Assembly (NCBI GenBank): GCA_965116185.1
Contig: OZ220492.1
Coordinates: 675,662 to 739,661, forward strand
Direction: 5' to 3'
Source: Caldilineaceae bacterium
GTDB lineage: Bacteria; Chloroflexota; Anaerolineae; Caldilineales; Caldilineaceae
DNA: 64,000 nt
Notes under the pieces: generated by a model
Told to the model about the DNA's origin: nothing
The model's database searches: none
What the model saw: the letters and a program-made list of their open reading frames with translations, nothing else
Made by a program: the position numbers and the translations under genes
Shown here: positions 1-11,370 of the stretch, in pieces
Numbering within the stretch: the first letter of the stretch is position 1
How the letters are laid out: the number at the start of each line of letters is the position of its first letter

Positions 1-581
1 AAACCCACCAGGAAACCCAGCAGCTGTCCCTCGTAGTGCGCCACGAGGGACCAGGCTGCACTGAAGTCCGGATCATGGATATAGGTGGGATACAGATAAG
101 TATCCGCGGCCTGCCAGATAGTGGACTGCAACTGGCGGATCGCGGCGGTATCTGCCACACTCGGGGGGCCATACGTGATGCCGTCAACGGTTTCCAGTAC
201 GGCGGGCGTGGGCCAGGCGTGTGTGCCCGCACCATCGTACATTTGTATGGGGGTATCCGCGAAAAGATGAGTGGCGGTGCGCTGCAGATCGGACGGGGAC
301 AGGGCCGCTGCGCGACCGGCAGGTGCCAGATGATAACAGATCAGGTGCCGTTTGGTCCGGGCGGTGTCCAACGTAGTGAGCCGGATCCCTGCTGCCAGTA
401 GATGTGGGCCGCTGTGCCACTGCAAGATATCCCCGCCGATTTCCCGCATAGTAGCGAAGACAAACTGCGGCGGGAGTAGATTGGGGTTGTGGTCCGCGCC
501 CAGGGTGGAGCGCAGAGCCTGGACTTGCTCCGGCCAGTCCGGTGCTTGGGAATCCAGCCGAGATACGGTCAGTGGGAGCAT
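1..581 (-). CDS. hypothetical protein, N-terminal part only (continues past window start); last visible residues resemble the start of a GNAT acetyltransferase core
   Basis: Hand translation of the minus strand from ATG 581-579 gives MLPLTVSRLDSQAPDW...AAWSLVAHYEGQLLGFLVG, 193 codons with no stop. It is missing from the supplied track because there is no stop in the window. It supersedes track ORFs 36..401(+) and 184..420(-). Confidence 0.55.
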   Translation of the reverse strand, partial: MLPLTVSRLDSQAPDWPEQVQALRSTLGADHNPNLLPPQFVFATMREIGGDILQWHSGPHLLAAGIRLTTLDTARTKRHLICYHLAPAGRAAALSPSDLQRTATHLFADTPIQMYDGAGTHAWPTPAVLETVDGITYGPPSVADTAAIRQLQSTIWQAADTYLYPTYIHDPDFSAAWSLVAHYEGQLLGFLVG

Positions 582-618
582 GATGCGGTCCTGCGGCGCA
601 AGGGTACGTAGGATCCGC

Positions 619-924
619 TCAGGAGTGTCGGGACGATCTCCGGTCGCCCAAGAGCACCCGCCAGGCGCGGCGGAAACCGGCTAGTTGCCCTTGGACCGCT
701 GCGGTGGGTTTCACCACATGCTCACCCACGAATTCGGCTGTGGCTTTAGTCGTACGGGCGGCATCCTGGGCGTCGTTGAGGATAGGGATGACGCCCTCCC
801 GCACAATCCGAATCAGCTTGAGTACCTGCCGGCTGAGCACGATCAGCAGGACCAGGACCGCACAGGTTTCCAGCGCAATGATAATAAAGGTGATATCGCG
901 GATGACATCCAACGTCCGTTCCAT
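619..924 (-). CDS. small membrane-anchored protein (DUF948-like: N-terminal TM helix plus helical tail)
   Basis: 101-aa ORF MERTLDVIRDITFIIIALETCAVLVLLIVL... Same strand as, and tightly spaced with, its neighbours. Confidence 0.5.
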   Translation of the reverse strand: MERTLDVIRDITFIIIALETCAVLVLLIVLSRQVLKLIRIVREGVIPILNDAQDAARTTKATAEFVGEHVVKPTAAVQGQLAGFRRAWRVLLGDRRSSRHS

Positions 925-939
925 GACGTTCTGCTCCGG

Positions 940-1215
940 TCAGGCGGGCGGATTGGGCTTGGCGTGCGTGATCAGGAGGGCAAACCAGGCCGTCAGAGTG
1001 GCTTCAATGATACGTACCTGACCGATACGGAACCAGTCCGAATTCAACAGCATGCCAATGCCTTGTCCTAGGGCGAACCCTACGCCTGCGGCCAGCACGT
1101 ACACGATTAGATCGCGATATGTACGACCCTGCCACAGATGAAACAGAGTGCCATACCCTACCGCTAGGATCACACTGAGAATTAGGGGCGGCTTAAGCCA
1201 CCAGTCCGCGAACAT
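940..1215 (-). CDS. small integral membrane protein (about 91 aa, 3 TM)
   Basis: The track ORF is 940..1245. The ATG at 1215-1213 shares one base with the mnmA stop (TAATG). Hydrophobic segments LILSVILAVGYGTLF, VYVLAAGVGFALGQGIGML and ATLTAWFALLI. Confidence 0.55.
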   Translation of the reverse strand: MFADWWLKPPLILSVILAVGYGTLFHLWQGRTYRDLIVYVLAAGVGFALGQGIGMLLNSDWFRIGQVRIIEATLTAWFALLITHAKPNPPA

Positions 1216-2302
1216 TAGGCTGCGATGAGGCCTCCGCCCAGGCAATGATCACCGGTATAGAAAACGGCCGCCTGGCCCGCCGCAACACCCCTTTGGGCTT
1301 CCGCTAGCCGGACTTGTGTACCGCCATCGGTGGTTGGCTCCAGCTGGCAGGGTACGGCAGGTCCCCGGTAGCGAATTTGGCATTCTAGATCCGTGCCGAA
1401 GGCCGGCGCCTGATCCGCGAGCCAGTTCGCCTCTTGTAGTGCAAAATGATGGGTAGCGAGCTGTGTGCGGGGGCCAACCACCAGCACGTTGCGTTGCACA
1501 TCCTTCGCGATAACGTAGTGGGGCCCGCCGTCCAGATTGGAGAGGTTGAGGCCACGCCGCTGTCCAATGGTGTAATGAAACAGTCCCTGGTGGGTACCAA
1601 CCTTCTGGCCTGTGGTCGTGAAAATCGGCCCTGGGCTAGGCGGGGTGGGACTCCACGTGCGCAAAAAGCGGCGGTAATCGTTATCAGCCACAAAACACAG
1701 ATCCATCGACTCTTGTTTGTCGGCCACGGGCAGAGAGCGTCTCCGTGCCATGGCACGGAGATCGGACTTCAGGTAATGGCCGACGGGAAAAAGCACATGC
1801 TGCAAACGGGCCTGGTTCAGCACGCTCAGCACGTAGCTCTGATCCTTGGCCGGATCAACGGCGCGGTACAACGCAACCTGACCGTCCGCTTGTCTTTGTA
1901 CACGGGCATGGTGCCCCGTGGCCAGGTAATCGGCCCTAGACGCTGAACATAGTCCAGCAAATAGGTGAAGCGGATGTGCCGGTTACAGTTGAGGCACGGA
2001 TTGGGGGTCAAGCCGTGACTGTAATCCTGAATGAAGGGATCCACCACACGTTGCCGGAAAGGTTCCTCCACGTTGATCAGGTAAAAGGGGATATCCAGCT
2101 GATGAGCCACCTGACGGGCCACCTCAACACTTTCCCGGGAACAACACTTGTTGCTGGACGCCTGGCCCGGTCCCATTTCTGACCACAGGCGCATCATGAT
2201 CCCAAAACAAGCGTACCCTTCTTCTACCAGCAGAGAGGCCGCCATGGAGCTGTCCAGGCCACCACTCATGGCGATCGCCACCGAAGTCGTTTCAATATTC
2301 AT
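1215..2302 (-). pseudogene. mnmA: tRNA-specific 2-thiouridylase MnmA, reading frame broken by a 1-nt frameshift near 1932-1939
   Basis: N-terminal ORF 1826..2302 has the PP-loop AMSGGLDSS and [13 protein letters not shown]-terminal ORF 1215..1871 carries the rest (DQSYVLS, QRRGL). The reading ...YVQRLG should continue [12 protein letters not shown], which lies in the other frame. The shift sits at a CCC/GGG run. Confidence 0.85.
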
Positions 2303-2311
2303 AGTGGATGC

Positions 2312-2320
2312 ATTCTAGCA
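2312..2320 (-). promoter_or_regulatory. candidate extended -10 (TGcTAGAAT) 9 nt upstream of the mnmA ATG, implying a very short leader or none
   Basis: The minus strand reads ttgTGcTAGAATgcatccactATG. There is no Shine-Dalgarno between the box and the ATG. Confidence 0.3.
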
Positions 2321-2553
2321 CAAGGCGAAAGCCGGAATCACAGTTGAGCCTGAGACCTGGGTAAACTGCCGTTGCCCAGGGCCGACACGGCAACCGGTGG
2401 CTGGGCATCGGGCCCGGATCCCATCACCGGAATGCCGGTTAGAGGATCCCGATGTTCCGTATACCTGCCGGTATATACGTCATGGCGCTGGTTGTGGACA
2501 CAGAGGGCCTGTTGTGCCAGACCTGTTCCATTCTAGTGGTAGGTCATAGGCTT

Positions 2554-3753
2554 TCATGCAGACGCGGGAACCGCCGCCCGTAGCTGCTGTACAATCCGTG
2601 TTAGCTGTTCCAGCACAAACGTGATGTCTTCCGCCCGCGTATGGTGACCCAGACTAAACCGTAGGGCACCATAGCTGTCCGGGGGGGTGATACCCATGGC
2701 AGCGAGCACATGGCTAGGTTGATGTGCGCCACTGGTGCAGGCACTGCCACTGCTGGCCATGATACCGGCCATGTCAAGGCCAATCAGCATGGATTCGGCT
2801 TCCAGTCCCGGAATGATGAAACTGGCGTGATGGGGCAACCGTTCAGTGGCTGAACCAGTCAGGTACGCCCCTTCAATAGTCGTGATGAGACCTGTGATCA
2901 GTTGATCGCGCAAGGCTGCCAAGCGAGCCCAGGCGGAGGCACCGGCTGCCATGTTCAGGGTCAGGGCCTTCGCGAGACCGCAGATGAGCGGGACGTTTTC
3001 GGTGCCGGCCCGCCGACCGCCTTCATGACTACCGCCCATCAGGTAGGGATGGAATGGGGTACCCTGACGCAGATACAGAAAACCCACGCCCTTGGGACCG
3101 TGGAATTTGTGGGCACTGGCACTGAGGGCCGACACGCCCAACGTGTCTACGTGCACGGGAAGCTTGGCCAGCCCCTGCACGGCATCGGTGTGTAAGGGGA
3201 TGCCCTGATCCTGACAGAGGGCGCCTATGGCCGCTAGGGGCTGGACGGTGCCCACCTCGTTATTGGCCAACATAAGAGAAACCAGGGCGGTATCGGCCCC
3301 GAGCTTTTGCGCTAGGCTGTCGGGATCAACGCGTCCGGTGGTGTCCACCGGCAGCAAAACGATTTCAAAGCCGTGCAGGTGGGTAAGGTCTTCCAACGTG
3401 GCTAGAATGGCCTTGTGCTCAATAGCGGAACTGATAATCCGGTTGGCACCGCACTGTGCCCGGCGTGCTAAGGCAATGCCGCGGAGAGCAGTATTGTCGC
3501 TTTCGGATCCGCCACTGGTGAAGATGATCTCCTGCGTTTGGGCCCCGATGTGACGGGCGACATCATGACGGGCCGCCTGTAGATGAGCGTGGGCTTTACG
3601 CCCGGCGGTGTGGAGACTGGAAGGATTACCATACGTTTCCTTGAACAATGCTTGCATGTCCTCTACGACCTCAGGCCATACCGGGGTCGTGGCGGCATGA
3701 TCAAGGTAAATAGCACGGCGGGTACCATGTCTGTGCTCTGTATCCACTGCCAT
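2554..3753 (-). CDS. cysteine desulfurase (NifS/IscS family, PLP-dependent)
   Basis: IYLDHAATTP, PLP-lysine motif SASAHKFHGPKG and catalytic Cys loop SSGSACTSG. The start is uncertain: 3753 (MAVDTEH...) or 3813. Confidence 0.9.
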   Translation of the reverse strand: MAVDTEHRHGTRRAIYLDHAATTPVWPEVVEDMQALFKETYGNPSSLHTAGRKAHAHLQAARHDVARHIGAQTQEIIFTSGGSESDNTALRGIALARRAQCGANRIISSAIEHKAILATLEDLTHLHGFEIVLLPVDTTGRVDPDSLAQKLGADTALVSLMLANNEVGTVQPLAAIGALCQDQGIPLHTDAVQGLAKLPVHVDTLGVSALSASAHKFHGPKGVGFLYLRQGTPFHPYLMGGSHEGGRRAGTENVPLICGLAKALTLNMAAGASAWARLAALRDQLITGLITTIEGAYLTGSATERLPHHASFIIPGLEAESMLIGLDMAGIMASSGSACTSGAHQPSHVLAAMGITPPDSYGALRFSLGHHTRAEDITFVLEQLTRIVQQLRAAVPASA

Positions 3754-4077
3754 CCCTCTTTGTAATGGGGCAACTAGTCCGAACCCGGATATCCGCCGCT
3801 CTCCTTCCCCCATGTTACCGGCAATCGTCTATGGTTTGCCACGACCACAGGAGCAGCCTGTGTACCGGCGTAGTGTCCAGCGCGGTATCGGCCATGCAGA
3901 CACCGGGGCCGACTCTATGTGGATAAGTGTATCACTGCTGCAAACTTGCAGTGAGGTCGGAGACAGGCCCTGTTCATATAGAAATAGGGAAAGCCATAGG
4001 ACAGACCATACTCCGGTGTCGCCCACGGTTTGGATCCGTCTCCCGTATATCCATGGTCTATAATTGAACCGTCTTGA

Positions 4078-5397
<1,320 letters not shown>

Positions 5398-5458
5398 ACG
5401 GTCTGCGTATACCTGTCTTGGCCTAGTACACAGCTTGTGTTAACCAGAAGGATTACCG

Positions 5459-5764
5459 ATGAAAACGTCCACACCGGCCCCGATTCCGGAAAGCCGGTTT
5501 GCCACCGAGTACAGTGAAGTCTGGGATCAGGAAGTCTTTTGCGTCACGAATAGCCAGGGCCAGAAATTTTACCTGCATACAGCCAACGTCACGATTGAGG
5601 GCGATGAATTCTCATCCCTGGCCTTCCGGCGCCAGATCCGGCGAGGTGCCCAGCCGGTCCTGCCCGACGGTTATATTGTAGTGGAGGCTACCAATGGTAT
5701 CCCGATGGTGCAGCGGGCTCGGCACACGGATCTCGGGATCGAAGATTTTGATATTGATTTCTGA
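5459..5764 (+). CDS. hypothetical protein (101 aa, no recognised domain)
   Basis: ORF with GAAGGA about 8 nt upstream of the ATG. No competing ORF of similar quality. Confidence 0.45.
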   Translation: MKTSTPAPIPESRFATEYSEVWDQEVFCVTNSQGQKFYLHTANVTIEGDEFSSLAFRRQIRRGAQPVLPDGYIVVEATNGIPMVQRARHTDLGIEDFDIDF

Positions 5765-5864
5765 ATTGAACTTGATGTTACCGGCACGGTTTGCCAATAA
5801 TGAAATAGGCTCGCACTACCCTAGGAACGGAGCAGGCCCGGGCTAGAACAGCAAGGAGTTGACT

Positions 5865-6947
5865 ATGATACGCGCTGCGGTGCTGCACACCCCTAATACG
5901 CCTCTGGAGATTAGGGAATTTGAGTTGCCATCCCTCAAGGCCGGTGAGCTGGAAGTACGCCTCGTAGCCAGCGGTGTCTGTCATTCCGACTGGCATATCG
6001 TCAAGGGCGAATGGTCCCACATGGAACTGCCCTGTATCCTAGGGCACGAGGGGGCAGGTATTGTGGAAGCGACGGCTCCTGACATCCAGGATATCCGGGT
6101 GGGCGATCATGTTATTCTTTCCTGGAAGCCCAGTTGCGGCTATTGCGAGGCCTGCCAGAAGGGCCATCCGGTTGTCTGCGGCATGGAACATGACCAATCC
6201 TCGGCGCCCCTGTTGCCGGACACGAAGCAACCGATGCTGAAAATGAATGGTTTGGGCACATTCAGCACCCGCACCATCGTGCAACGGACCAATGTCGTGC
6301 CCATACCCCGTGACATGCCTTTGGACCGCGCAGCCCTAATCGGCTGTGGAGTCATGACCGGGGTAGGAGCCGTTATTAACACGGCGGGTGTGGAGCCTGG
6401 CAGTGCCGTGGCCGTTTTCGGCTGTGGCGGCGTGGGCCTGAACTGCATTCAGGGTGCCCGGTTGGCGAATGCCTGGCCCATCATCGCCGTAGATCTGCTG
6501 GATAACAAGCTGGACATGGCCCGGGCTTTCGGGGCCACACACGTCATCAACGCGGGCCGGGAAGAGCCGGTTGCGCGCATTCAAGCTCTCACGGACGGCC
6601 TTGGAGTACACTACGCGTTTGAGGCGATCGGTCTGACCGCCGAGCCTTTCATCCAGTGCCTGGAATGTGTGCGGCCGCGCGGAGTTGCCGTATATGTCGG
6701 CCATGCGCCCGTAGACACGGAGCTCAAGCTAGACGCGCGTATGTGGATCGCGGAAAAGACAGTAATAGGTTCTCTGTATGGGTCCGCCCGCACCCAGATT
6801 GACTTTCCGCGTATCGTCCGGCTTTACCAGGAAGGCAAACTCATGATCGACGAGTTGGTGAGCCGCGAATTTCCACTTGAAGGAGTCAATGAGGCCTTTG
6901 CCGTGCTCGCCCGGGGCGAGGTGGCTCGCAGTATTCTACGCATGTAA
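5865..6947 (+). CDS. zinc-dependent alcohol dehydrogenase (class III / MDR family)
   Basis: GVCHSDWH, GHEGAGIVE, the structural-Zn Cys cluster CGYCEACQKG and GCGGVGL. AAGGAG lies 6 nt before the ATG at 5865. Confidence 0.9.
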   Translation: MIRAAVLHTPNTPLEIREFELPSLKAGELEVRLVASGVCHSDWHIVKGEWSHMELPCILGHEGAGIVEATAPDIQDIRVGDHVILSWKPSCGYCEACQKGHPVVCGMEHDQSSAPLLPDTKQPMLKMNGLGTFSTRTIVQRTNVVPIPRDMPLDRAALIGCGVMTGVGAVINTAGVEPGSAVAVFGCGGVGLNCIQGARLANAWPIIAVDLLDNKLDMARAFGATHVINAGREEPVARIQALTDGLGVHYAFEAIGLTAEPFIQCLECVRPRGVAVYVGHAPVDTELKLDARMWIAEKTVIGSLYGSARTQIDFPRIVRLYQEGKLMIDELVSREFPLEGVNEAFAVLARGEVARSILRM

Positions 6948-7079
6948 GGTGGGTCAACGATGTATGCCGTGGCCTGTAGTTGCGCTCAGCCGGTTGTAGC
7001 GGCACAGGTCGGGACACCTATAGTGTACAGACAGGTGAACGGGTAGGTCACGCGAATACAGGCAGTGAGGAATAAGTAC

Positions 7080-8216
7080 ATGTATGACTCGCGTATTGTA
7101 CGTATTGAATGGGCTCCCCTGCCCGGCCAGCGACCACGGATGGCTCACATGAATGCACGTCTGGATGCTCATGGCCAGGATGTAGCTGCACTGCTCATGC
7201 GCCTTGAAACCGAGGACGGCCATGTGGGCGTGGGTTGGTCTAACTGCCCGCGGACCAACGCCGGTGCTTTGCTAGGGCAATCACTCCGGAATGTGTTTCC
7301 TACCGACACGGGGCCCGCGACTCTCTGGAAGAATTTTGAATTTCCGCTTTGGGATCTGGTAACCCGTATGGCAGGTCAGTCCGTCCGGACTTTCCTGGCT
7401 ACCGCACATGGCACCGCCCGGATTGTCCCGGAGGTACGGTGCTATGACACTTCACTCTATATTGACGATTTGCATCTGCAGGATGACGTGGCGGCCGTTG
7501 CCCTGATGCAGGAAGAAGCGCGGTTCGGGTACGACAACGGACATCGGGCTTTCAAGATCAAAGTGGGCCGTGGGGGGCGCCATATGCCCCTGGAAGCCGG
7601 TACGGTGCGGGACATTGCAGTCATCAAGGGTGTCCGGGAAGCGGTGGGACCTGACTGTCTCATCATGATTGACGCCAACAACGGCTACAACCTGAACTTG
7701 GCCAAACGGGTGCTGGCGGAAACCGCCGCCGCTGATCTGTTTTGGTTAGAAGAAGCATTTCATGAAGATCCCGTGCTCTACGAAGATCTCCAGCAGTGGA
7801 TGCAACGGGAAGGCCTGTCTGTGTATATAGCCGACGGAGAAGGTCTAGCAGCACCATCTCTACTGGATTGGGCCCGAACGGGTTTAGTGAATGTCATCCA
7901 ATACGACATCTTTGCGTACGGTTTTACTCCCTGGCTCAGACTAGGGCGGCAACTGGACGCATGGGGTGTGCTCACGGCACCGCATCACTATGGCCGCATT
8001 ATCGGCAACTACGTGAGTGGACATCTCGCGGCGGTGGTGGAAGGGTTCACCTTTGTGGAATGGGATGAAGCCACTACCGCGGGTTTGGAACCTGGCTATA
8101 CGGTGCATGAGGGTCTGATCCAGTTTCCCGGGACGCCCGGTTTTGGTATGGAGCTGGATCTGGAGCTTTTCCGCACTCATGTGGCCCAGAACGGATATCA
8201 ATGCAGTATGATCTAA
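7080..8216 (+). CDS. enolase-superfamily enzyme (mandelate racemase / muconate lactonizing family)
   Basis: FKIKVGRG, IMIDANNGYNL, FWLEEAF and IADGEG, the metal-ligand pattern of the family. GAGGAA lies 7 nt before the ATG at 7080. Confidence 0.8.
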   Translation: MYDSRIVRIEWAPLPGQRPRMAHMNARLDAHGQDVAALLMRLETEDGHVGVGWSNCPRTNAGALLGQSLRNVFPTDTGPATLWKNFEFPLWDLVTRMAGQSVRTFLATAHGTARIVPEVRCYDTSLYIDDLHLQDDVAAVALMQEEARFGYDNGHRAFKIKVGRGGRHMPLEAGTVRDIAVIKGVREAVGPDCLIMIDANNGYNLNLAKRVLAETAAADLFWLEEAFHEDPVLYEDLQQWMQREGLSVYIADGEGLAAPSLLDWARTGLVNVIQYDIFAYGFTPWLRLGRQLDAWGVLTAPHHYGRIIGNYVSGHLAAVVEGFTFVEWDEATTAGLEPGYTVHEGLIQFPGTPGFGMELDLELFRTHVAQNGYQCSMI

Positions 8217-8461
8217 ATCTGCAGTCCATGATCTAGTCGGACATGACCGCCGCGGATCGCGGTTGGTGTTAAACCTGACCCGGATACTTCCGCTAGCCGC
8301 TGTATGGGACAGGGCCAATATAGCTTTTGGGGTACGGCCCCTTGGTTTCTATAGGTAATGGAGGCCGGGTGTCCCAGCGTGTTGCATGCTGACGTAGTAA
8401 CTTTGGGTCCGGCTCCGGATGACTGAGGCTCTGTGCTATACCGATGCCTACGAGCACATAT

Positions 8462-8484
8462 GAAACAGATAATTTATCTGTTTC
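8462..8484. promoter_or_regulatory. perfect 23-bp palindrome GAAACAGATAA-T-TTATCTGTTTC in an AT-rich spacer; candidate operator
   Basis: Read directly. The 11-bp arms are exact reverse complements with a 1-nt centre. It lies about 120 bp upstream of the VOC gene start and upstream of gaTATAATag. Confidence 0.6.
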
Positions 8485-8602
8485 GCATATAGTGACATAC
8501 AAATTCTCTTTTCTTCTATCTTTAAGATATAATAGTTCTTATATAGTAATGCTGCTCTTCGACTCAGCCGGGCGGCATTGTTTTGACCTATAAGGAGGCA
8601 TC

Positions 8603-9382
8603 ATGCCGGACAAAACTACCTTTGACTTCGGTACATTCTGCTGGTTCAATCTCACAACCACCGATCGTGAGGGAGCCCAAAAGTTCTATGGCGAAGTGTT
8701 GGGTTGGACATTTGAAGACCTGTCCAACGAAGGCCCACTGTACTACACTATGTGCCATGTAGATGGCAAAGCCGTGGCGGGTATGTTGCCGACCCATGGT
8801 AGTCCTCCCAGCTGGTCTAGCTATGTCTGCGTGGAAGATGTCCATGCTATGACCGAGAAGATCCGGATGGCGGGTGGCTCAATATTAACCGAACCCACGA
8901 CCGTCATGGAGTCGGGCTCCATAGCTCATGTCAAGGATCCCACAGGGGCAGTTCTAGGGCTGTGGCAACCTAATCAGCACAAGGGCATGGCCGTAGTGGA
9001 AGAGCCCGGCGCGTTGCTGTGGATGGAACTGAACACACGGGATGTCGGAGCTGCCCAACAGTTCTATACCCAAATCTTTGGCTGGCAGACCGAAATAGAC
9101 ACGCATAATCAAGACTATACGCTTTTCACACGGACAGGCGTACCGGAACAGGAAAAATTTATTGGGGGTATGATGCAAATCCTAACGGATTGGGGCGATG
9201 TGCCTTCGCATTGGATTCCCTATCTGGGTGTGGTGGACATTGAAGTAGCCGTGACGAAAGCACAGGCTTTAGGTGGCCAGAAGCATGTGGGGATCGTGGA
9301 CATTCCCCAGGGCCGCTTTGCCATCATGTGTGATCCCCAAGGAGCTGCGCTCACTTTGATGCAAGCCACGGTTGACGTATAG
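8603..9382 (+). CDS. two-domain VOC (glyoxalase/bleomycin-resistance fold) family protein
   Basis: The internal repeat AQKFYGEVLGWTFE / AQQFYTQIFGWQTE is typical of tandem VOC modules. AAGGAGG lies 5 nt before the ATG. Confidence 0.8.
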   Translation: MPDKTTFDFGTFCWFNLTTTDREGAQKFYGEVLGWTFEDLSNEGPLYYTMCHVDGKAVAGMLPTHGSPPSWSSYVCVEDVHAMTEKIRMAGGSILTEPTTVMESGSIAHVKDPTGAVLGLWQPNQHKGMAVVEEPGALLWMELNTRDVGAAQQFYTQIFGWQTEIDTHNQDYTLFTRTGVPEQEKFIGGMMQILTDWGDVPSHWIPYLGVVDIEVAVTKAQALGGQKHVGIVDIPQGRFAIMCDPQGAALTLMQATVDV

Positions 9383-9826
9383 ACGCGGATATTACACTTC
9401 GTTAGTTTCATAACCTGCCCCGGAGATGGGTCCGTTAGGCTATTCGCCGGGACGCTGGTTGCTCAGGTCAGGAGTTCTGCAATGACGCCTGGCCTGCCCT
9501 TGTCGTGGTATGTCTATGGCACCCAGATCGGGGAGCCCCGAGGCCGCAGCAGGCTACCCACAGTGCTTTGAGGCTTCCTAGGTGGATGCTGTATGGTAGA
9601 GAAGGAGGTGGCCAGCCTATACCACGCGATTGCCGCGGCACAGTGGGCTGTTGGCCAATATTCAGGATAGCGAAGACCTGGCACCTGGTATTCGGGATAA
9701 TACAGATACATACAATCAATATACGAATCCTGAGATCCGGTCAGGATTAAGGCATAATTGAGGGGATGGCATGGTGTTGATGGCCACTGTTTTGCCCGTA
9801 TCTCCAGATAAGGCTTTTTATCCGAC

Positions 9827-11353
9827 ATGTCCTGTTCTTCCGGTTTTGGTCGCCACCTCGTCCGCGTGTTCCTGATCCTGGTGCTAGGATTGGTGTGCAG
9901 TAACTGTGTCGTGGTAGCACCTATGGAAACACAGGCTGCTATTGAACCTATGCTGGTGCCGACCTATACGGCAACGCCGTTAGGTACCACTCCCACGTCA
10001 GAACTTACGGTGGAACCCACGGCCCTGTCTCCGATGCCCACCCCCACGTCTACGTCCAACCCTATGCGAACGGCGGGACTGGGTACCGCATCCGTCATAG
10101 TACCCAATCTGAATGTGCGTAGCGGCCCCGGTCTAGGCTATGCCGTTCTGGGACAGCTGCATCAGGGTAATGAAGTGGACCTTCTGGAGCGCAGCCAGGA
10201 TCAGAGCTGGTGGCGTGTGTGCTGTCTGGCGGATCAGGTAACCGCTGGCTGGACTTCCGGCGACTATCTCGATCTGCGGCTGACCGCGGAACCGATAGAG
10301 GCGACACCTGCGGCTACACCCCGCACCTGGCCTTCCCTGGACCAGAATCCCAGTCGGGCGGATCTGAAGGAGGCTACGGTTCAGATTACCATGGACAACC
10401 TGCCGGATTTCCGGTACAGCCATCCGGCAACCGCCTCGGTCAATCCGCTGACGGGCTTGCCTATCGATCCGCAGCGCCTGACCCAGCGTCCCCTGGCGGT
10501 GTGCATACCGGCAGATGTGTCAGCCCGACCCCAATCCGGCCTATCCCGCGCGGACGTAGTATACGAATACTTGGTGGACGGCGATCAAATCACACGTATG
10601 ACGGGAATTTTCTTTGGGGATGACGTGCCCCTCATTGGCCCCATTCGCTCCGCCCGCATCATCAACTTCTACCTGGGCTACCAGTTCAACGCAGCAACTA
10701 TGTGCTCGGGGGCCAGTGATTTTATCCGTGTGTTGCTACGTGAAGTATCGGAGTTTCCCTTTTTTGACATTGACTTGGACAATCCGAACGGTATTCTACC
10801 CTATTCTCTGGTGCTCGATTCAGGTCTGACCCGGTTCCACACCAACACCCAAGGCATGCGGCGCTGGCTGCAGGATTCGTTCCGGGAACAGCCGATCGAC
10901 CTGGTCGGTTTCCAGTTCGGCGAAGCTCCTGCAAGTCCGACCGCTGCCACTTACCTCTACATCCCTTATCCGCGGGTCTCCAGTGCTTGGGTGGAATTCA
11001 GCTACGATCCGGCGTCGGGACGCTACCTGCGTGCCGTGGGCGGTAATCCGCATCTGGACCGCAATGGCAATGTGCAGATCGCGCCGCACAACGTCATCAT
11101 TCAGTATGTACCCCACACCAGAACCTCGCTGGTGGAGGATGCTCTGGGCAGCCGCAGCCTCGATCAAAACATTTTTGGGTCAGGGCGGGCGATCGTGTTT
11201 CGGGACGGTCTCATGTATGAGGGTACGTGGACATTGGATGTCCTGGGACGCATGCCGCGTTTCAAAACGGCAGATGGCCTGGATGTACCCCTACGCCCGG
11301 GCCGTACCTGGATTGCCCTGTTGCCGGAAGGTTATCAGGTGACTACCCGCTAG
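9827..11353 (+). CDS. secreted or membrane-anchored DUF3048 (YerB-like) protein with an SH3b domain
   Basis: N-terminal TM/signal VFLILVLGLVCSNCVVV. SH3b-like VPNLNVRSGPGLGYAVLGQLHQGNEV. DUF3048-like RPLAVCIPADVSARPQSGLSRADVVYEYLVDG. Confidence 0.75.
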   Translation: MSCSSGFGRHLVRVFLILVLGLVCSNCVVVAPMETQAAIEPMLVPTYTATPLGTTPTSELTVEPTALSPMPTPTSTSNPMRTAGLGTASVIVPNLNVRSGPGLGYAVLGQLHQGNEVDLLERSQDQSWWRVCCLADQVTAGWTSGDYLDLRLTAEPIEATPAATPRTWPSLDQNPSRADLKEATVQITMDNLPDFRYSHPATASVNPLTGLPIDPQRLTQRPLAVCIPADVSARPQSGLSRADVVYEYLVDGDQITRMTGIFFGDDVPLIGPIRSARIINFYLGYQFNAATMCSGASDFIRVLLREVSEFPFFDIDLDNPNGILPYSLVLDSGLTRFHTNTQGMRRWLQDSFREQPIDLVGFQFGEAPASPTAATYLYIPYPRVSSAWVEFSYDPASGRYLRAVGGNPHLDRNGNVQIAPHNVIIQYVPHTRTSLVEDALGSRSLDQNIFGSGRAIVFRDGLMYEGTWTLDVLGRMPRFKTADGLDVPLRPGRTWIALLPEGYQVTTR

Positions 11354-11370
11354 CCTACGGGCCGGGCATC

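Noticed and set aside
36-420. Track ORFs 36..401(+) and 184..420(-).
   Set aside because: Both are out of frame with a longer, coding-looking minus-strand ORF (ATG 581, running off the window start) that the track could not report.
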